20,000 nt of DNA from an uncultured virus (IMG/VR IMGVR_UViG_3300027808_000022) (Duplodnaviria > Heunggongvirae > Uroviricota > Caudoviricetes): IMG/VR virus record IMGVR_UViG_3300027808_000022; one strand, given 5' to 3'. Positions 15,652 to 20,000 of this stretch are shown here, in pieces. A program made the translations under genes and the position numbers. The notes below the pieces were generated by a model, which worked only from the letters and a program-made list of their open reading frames with translations, was not told the origin of the DNA and did not search any database. How positions within the stretch are numbered: the stretch's first letter is position 1; each line of letters begins with the position of its first letter.

Positions 15652-15707
15652 AAGACAAAGATACATAATCAATTTGATTTCCACAAATAAATTTATATAT
15701 TTTTATT

Positions 15708-16133
15708 ATGGAATTATTGAACACTCACCCAATCAAAAAATCAGATTTAGGTTTTCACGGAAATTTATTTGGGGGTAAAATACTTGCTTGGGTTGATTCA
15801 GCGGCATCAGCATTATCAATGCAACTTTGTGATTCACCAAGATTGGTTACAATTGCATTAGATGAATGTAGATTTATTAAACCCGGTAAAGAAGGTCAAC
15901 TATTAAAAATATATGGTAAACCCCTTAAGGTTGGGAACACATCAATCACACTTTATTTTGAGGCCAGGGCACATAGTGTTTATACAGGAAAACAAACCGT
16001 CATCTTACATACACAAATCACCTTTGTGAGAATTGATGATGAGGGAAACCCAATTCCAATTAGTGACAGAGCGAAAAATAGGATTAATCAAATTATTGAT
16101 GGTAGTCTTGATATTTTAGACAAAACTATATAA
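15708..16133 (+). CDS. Acyl-CoA thioesterase (hotdog fold, YciA-like)
   Basis: DLGFHGNLFGGKILAWVD, VTIALDECRFIKP, VGNTS, FVRIDDEGNPIPI. Confidence 0.9.
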   Translation: MELLNTHPIKKSDLGFHGNLFGGKILAWVDSAASALSMQLCDSPRLVTIALDECRFIKPGKEGQLLKIYGKPLKVGNTSITLYFEARAHSVYTGKQTVILHTQITFVRIDDEGNPIPISDRAKNRINQIIDGSLDILDKTI

Positions 16134-16154
16134 ATTTGTATTTATTATCACTAC

Positions 16155-16241
16155 GGAGGTTTGGCAGAGCGGTCGATTGCGTCAGTCTTGAAAACTGAAG
16201 ATGTTGAAAGGCATCCTGGGGTTCGAATCCCTAAGCCTCCG
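16155..16241 (+). tRNA. tRNA-Ser(TGA)
   Basis: Acceptor GGAGGTT/AGCCTCC + G, anticodon arm TCAGT-CTTGAAA-ACTGA, long variable arm. Confidence 0.95.
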
Positions 16242-16242
16242 C

Positions 16243-16276
16243 AAAATCTTGGGACACCAACCCAAGATTTTTTTTT
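16243..16276 (+). terminator. Terminator-like hairpin between the two Ser tRNAs
   Basis: AAAATCTTGGG-ACACCAA-CCCAAGATTTT-TTTTT. Confidence 0.75.
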
Positions 16277-16361
16277 GGAAGATTGGCAGAGTGGTAATGC
16301 AGCGGTTTGCTAAACCGTACATCCTTAAAAGGATGCGTGGGTTCGAGTCCCTCATCTTCCG
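16277..16361 (+). tRNA. tRNA-Ser(GCT)
   Basis: Acceptor GGAAGAT/ATCTTCC + G, anticodon arm GCGGT-TTGCTAA-ACCGT, long variable arm CATCCT-TAAA-AGGATG. Confidence 0.95.
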
Positions 16362-16429
16362 CAAAAAAAGAACCTATTTATTTGACTCGGTTTTTTTTAT
16401 TTACTATCTTTGTATCAAATAATTTAATC

Positions 16430-17377
16430 ATGACAAAATTAAAAAAGTTTAAAGAAACCGTACCACCTTGGATGAACCTATCACTTATTGATGTGTTAGA
16501 AATGATTGACCCATCAAATACTAATAAATTTTTACCTATGTTGACAAACATTGTTGATTCATCATTCAAAAATAAAGTTGGTGATTGGAAAGAAGACACT
16601 ATAGATTATATTCGTAGAATTGAAGATATTGCACCACACTTAAAAGGTACTTTTGATATTTTAGACCCATCATTTGTTTTTAGTTTTTGGAGTGGGTTAC
16701 AACATATTCCCAACAATGAATTAGATTCTTTAGTAGACTTTATTGAAATGTATGAAAAACATCAAATTACTGGTGTAGATATTAATCAAATAAAGACTTT
16801 GACTGAAATTGAAAGTGTCATCAATTTAATTAACATAAAAAACATAGGAAAAGAGTTTTCTAAACAAACATATGTTGATTTAGATACTGAAAAATGGTTG
16901 GTTATTAGACCGTTAACCTACGAAGCATCATTAAAATATGGAGCACATACTAAATGGTGTACCGCAGCAAAACATAACCCATATCAATTTTTTAGATATA
17001 CTGAAGAGGGTGTTTTAGTTTATTGTATAAATAAAGATACTGGATATAAATTAGCGTTTCATATGTTTAGAAATGGTAACAAATTTTATGACATTTCATT
17101 TTGGAACTCCGTTGATGAAAGAATAGATTCTTTATCAGCTGAAATTGATTTTGATGTTTATCAGTTAATTAAAAATATCTATACATCTTCAGAAACTAAA
17201 ACCAATAAAGAACTTGGTGGTGAGTATTGGGTACAATCTCATGATTTACACATGAAAGAAGATGAATTATCACCAATACCTCTTGGAGATGGTGAACCAA
17301 TTAGAACTGTTAACAGACGTGTTAGAAATGAAGTTTCAATAATAATTAATGAACCCATGGAACAACAAATTGATTAG
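16430..17377 (+). CDS. Large-phage hypothetical protein (PcfJ-like motif)
   Basis: WLVIRPLTYEASLKYGAHTKWCTA motif; start MTKLKKF at 16430 after TATCTTTG (16405-16412). Confidence 0.7.
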   Translation: MTKLKKFKETVPPWMNLSLIDVLEMIDPSNTNKFLPMLTNIVDSSFKNKVGDWKEDTIDYIRRIEDIAPHLKGTFDILDPSFVFSFWSGLQHIPNNELDSLVDFIEMYEKHQITGVDINQIKTLTEIESVINLINIKNIGKEFSKQTYVDLDTEKWLVIRPLTYEASLKYGAHTKWCTAAKHNPYQFFRYTEEGVLVYCINKDTGYKLAFHMFRNGNKFYDISFWNSVDERIDSLSAEIDFDVYQLIKNIYTSSETKTNKELGGEYWVQSHDLHMKEDELSPIPLGDGEPIRTVNRRVRNEVSIIINEPMEQQID

Positions 17378-17384
17378 AGTGGGC

Positions 17385-18104
17385 CTATAGATTATGATGG
17401 TGGATGATGGTCCACTTTCCATCATAATCTTCAACCAAGGCTGTACAACTTTCACACCAATCACCTGAGTTCATATATTTTTCACTCAACTCAACTTTGT
17501 GAATGTGTCCACAAACAGCCACATCACAATTTTTTTGTTTGGACAAAAGTACTGCGTTTTTTTCAAAATCACCAACAAAATTAACCGCCGCTTTAACACC
17601 TTGTTTAATATCATTAGATATTGAATAATATGGTAGTTTTCTGAGTTCTCTGTATTTGTTATAAACTCTATTTAACCACAAAGCAAAATCATATCCAATA
17701 GAACCTATTTTTGCAATTAGTTTGAATTTTGATGAGAATACATCTAAAACATCTCCATGAAAAATATAATATAATCTCTTATCAATACCTTTATACATCA
17801 AATCTTTTTTTATTGTAATATTACCTAATGTTAGTCCCATGTAGTTTTCTAAAAAATCATCGTGGTTACCTTTAACCCAAACCACATTAGTTCCTTTTTC
17901 AGCCATCTTAAGTATTTTTCTAATGACTTTAGTATGTGAATCTTTCCATTTTGAACCACGTTTCATTGCCCACCCATCAATAATATCACCATTAAGAAAT
18001 AAATTATGACACTCAATTGTTTCCAAAAAATTAATAATATCTTTTGACCTTGAAGCTTTTGAACCTAAATGTAAATCTGAAATTATAACCGTTCTATAAC
18101 TCAT
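17385..18104 (-). CDS. Metallophosphoesterase, LpxH/YbbF-like (UDP-2,3-diacylglucosamine diphosphatase family)
   Basis: ISDLHLG, LNGDIIDGW, GNHD, FHGD, CGHIH, YMNSGDW; ATGA overlap with upstream stop. Confidence 0.88.
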   Translation of the reverse strand: MSYRTVIISDLHLGSKASRSKDIINFLETIECHNLFLNGDIIDGWAMKRGSKWKDSHTKVIRKILKMAEKGTNVVWVKGNHDDFLENYMGLTLGNITIKKDLMYKGIDKRLYYIFHGDVLDVFSSKFKLIAKIGSIGYDFALWLNRVYNKYRELRKLPYYSISNDIKQGVKAAVNFVGDFEKNAVLLSKQKNCDVAVCGHIHKVELSEKYMNSGDWCESCTALVEDYDGKWTIIHHHNL

Positions 18105-18808
18105 GACCAATACGAATGTGTTTTTTCAAAAAAACTTTGGTTATTTCTATTAAGAAAAGAAAGGAACATTAATTTAGCCATGTACCAAACACCTTTAGAT
18201 TTTAATCTTCTTGATGATGTGTGTATTATATTTTTTGATAAAATAAAATCTTTTGAGTTAACTTTTTTACTTAAGTTATAATCTTCAGCAAATTTATCAT
18301 TTGGATTAAATCCACCAAGTTTAAAATAACTTTCAGTATTAAACAACATAATTCCACCCAATGCAAATGGTCCTGTTATTCTGTGAAATTTTTGTATTAA
18401 ATCAAAAAACTTAAAAAAGTTGTTATATTTGTTATCTGCGGTTCTAACTTTACAAGTAAGTAATGAACCTTTTTTAGTAATAATTTCATTTAATATTTTT
18501 TCTAAAAAATCTGTATCTTTAATTTCCATGTCTGAATCCAAAAACAAAGTGTATGGTGTTTCAGACATTAAACCACCTTGATGTCTACCATAAGCTGGAT
18601 ATCCACCGCCAATTATTAAAATTTGAATGTTTTTATTTCTTTCAGAATTTATATGATGAACTGTTACCATATCATCACTAATGTCAGCAACAATCACCAA
18701 TAAATCTTTAGAATTTTTTTGTTTGTTAAGAGAATTTAAAATGTTTCGGACATTCTCTTTTTCATTTTTACACGGTATAACTACCGTTAATATATCTTGT
18801 AATTCCAT
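18101..18808 (-). CDS. Glycosyltransferase family 2
   Basis: LTVVIPCKNE, LFLDSD (DxD), GGFN..AED, TSSRR. Confidence 0.9.
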   Translation of the reverse strand: MELQDILTVVIPCKNEKENVRNILNSLNKQKNSKDLLVIVADISDDMVTVHHINSERNKNIQILIIGGGYPAYGRHQGGLMSETPYTLFLDSDMEIKDTDFLEKILNEIITKKGSLLTCKVRTADNKYNNFFKFFDLIQKFHRITGPFALGGIMLFNTESYFKLGGFNPNDKFAEDYNLSKKVNSKDFILSKNIIHTSSRRLKSKGVWYMAKLMFLSFLNRNNQSFFEKTHSYWS

Positions 18809-18870
18809 ACATCTATAAATAGAAAATGGAATGTTTGAGAATATTATATTAATATTAAATTACTATAGAA

Positions 18871-19458
18871 TTAAGATTTAATACCCAACTTTTTTCTATA
18901 CTTTGATATATTACACGCCCAATATACAGCTTTGGTTTTGTCATGTTTTGTGTCACATTTGTGACGTACTCTAAAATTTTTCTTTGTTTCGGGCTTGTTA
19001 TTTGGGTCACCAAATTTAACCATTTTAATATCACCACTTGGTTCTTTTACATACACAGCAAATTTCTTTAATTTACCTGAAGTTTTAAATGGCGAATTTA
19101 ATTTAACATTTTTTCCGTTATATTCAGCCTCATTAATAGATTCATCATCCTCTTCTATTAAAAATGGAATATCTAACCAAACTTCATCACCTTCAAACAT
19201 TGCTGTTTTTCCAATATCAGTTTTTAATAACCACTCATCATCTTCACAAAGTTGGACTAACCCATTTTTCCAAAGACCACGTGTTTCATTTATTAACGAA
19301 AAAAACTCATCTGAAAATGGTATAAAAACATTTTCAACTAAAGGCAAATCATATTCTTTGTGATATTTTAATCCTTCTGAGATTTCAACACCTTCTTTTA
19401 TTAGAATACCTTTTTTTGGTAAGTTTTCTTTTAATATATAACGAATAAAATTTTTCAT
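18871..19458 (-). CDS. Phage hypothetical protein with basic C-terminal domain
   Basis: AEYNGKNVKLN..KKFAVYVK..VKFGDP..FRVRHKC..YWAC. Confidence 0.75.
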   Translation of the reverse strand: MKNFIRYILKENLPKKGILIKEGVEISEGLKYHKEYDLPLVENVFIPFSDEFFSLINETRGLWKNGLVQLCEDDEWLLKTDIGKTAMFEGDEVWLDIPFLIEEDDESINEAEYNGKNVKLNSPFKTSGKLKKFAVYVKEPSGDIKMVKFGDPNNKPETKKNFRVRHKCDTKHDKTKAVYWACNISKYRKKLGIKS

Positions 19459-20000
19459 TATTCCGGCCTCAATACAGTTAATGCTTCAGGATATTCTTTA
19501 CTTAAGAATTCTTCATTTTTTCCTTTATATGGTATGTTCTGTAAAACATATCTTATTGAATTTAATCCTGACACTCTTTTATCTGACGAATCTAAAATAA
19601 CCCAAGGATGGTTTACCGTTGATGTCCTATCAAATAGTTTTTCTTTGAATTCAGTAAATCTATCCCATAAATCTAACATCTTTTCATCATTAGGTGAATA
19701 TTTCCATTTCTTTAATGGTGAACTTAATCTTTGTTTGAATCTTTTTCCCATGGTTTCTTTATCAATTGAGAACCAAAGTTTGAAAAGGAAATCTCCATTT
19801 TCTACTAGTGAATTTTCAAAGTTCTCAACGTTTTCCATAAAGTCTTCATATTCTTCAGGAGTACCATAACCAGCAACAGGTTCAACTAAACCTCTGTTGT
19901 ACCAACTTCTATCAAATAAATTGATTTTACCTGGTTCAATTTGTTTTCTATATCTACCCCACCAATCAGCTCTATCATCAGGTGTTGGAATTCCAAGTTG
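19458..20000 (-). CDS. ppk2: Polyphosphate kinase 2, 5' truncated by window edge
   Basis: Frame open to 20000: QLGIPT..LFDRSWYNRGLVEPVAGY..KLWFSIDKE..PLKKWKYSPND. Confidence 0.93.
   Translation of the reverse strand, partial: QLGIPTPDDRADWWGRYRKQIEPGKINLFDRSWYNRGLVEPVAGYGTPEEYEDFMENVENFENSLVENGDFLFKLWFSIDKETMGKRFKQRLSSPLKKWKYSPNDEKMLDLWDRFTEFKEKLFDRTSTVNHPWVILDSSDKRVSGLNSIRYVLQNIPYKGKNEEFLSKEYPEALTVLRPE

Noticed and set aside
16182..16429. ORFs 16182-16364, 16201-16422 and the 16307 start extension
   Set aside because: Overlap the two tRNA-Ser genes
742..19869. Remaining short ORFs nested in or antisense to larger genes (e.g. 9340-9762, 11035-11457, 13599-13919, 18995-19363, 19534-19869)
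   Set aside because: Shadow frames with no motifs or start context
1..20000. CRISPR array, IS element or stop-codon recoding
   Set aside because: No regularly spaced repeats or transposase motifs; recognisable genes are intact in code 11, TAA, TAG and TGA all end ORFs, and no suppressor anticodon was found

Overview
AT-rich, gene-dense segment with frequent strand switches that most likely comes from a large (jumbo/huge) dsDNA phage of a Bacteroidota host. This is an inference: there is no capsid, terminase or portal gene in the window, but it has tRNA genes mixed with phage-type hypothetical proteins, a stand-alone clpP, host-like metabolic genes, repeated Bacteroidota TAnnTTTG promoter boxes and a second phage-like TATTTAT motif just upstream of many genes. 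Ten tRNA genes were read by hand: a minus-strand array Phe-Ile-Gln-Lys-Val-Tyr running off the left edge, plus Arg(TCT), Leu(TAA), Ser(TGA) and Ser(GCT). The main observation is that the tRNA array lies behind an unannotated 31-codon leader ORF (540-635) whose last codons carry a perfect 9-nt antiterminator arm for an intrinsic terminator, followed by a boxA-like site. This looks like a ribosome-sensing transcription attenuator that would switch on phage tRNA supply when translation stalls. A second, unrelated 37-codon leader with the same geometry precedes HNH - tRNA-Leu - clpP. Nearby genes include a HAD RNA-repair-type phosphatase and an ATE/Bpt-like aminoacyl-tRNA-protein transferase. Family assignments are from motif recognition only; no searches or folding programs were run.
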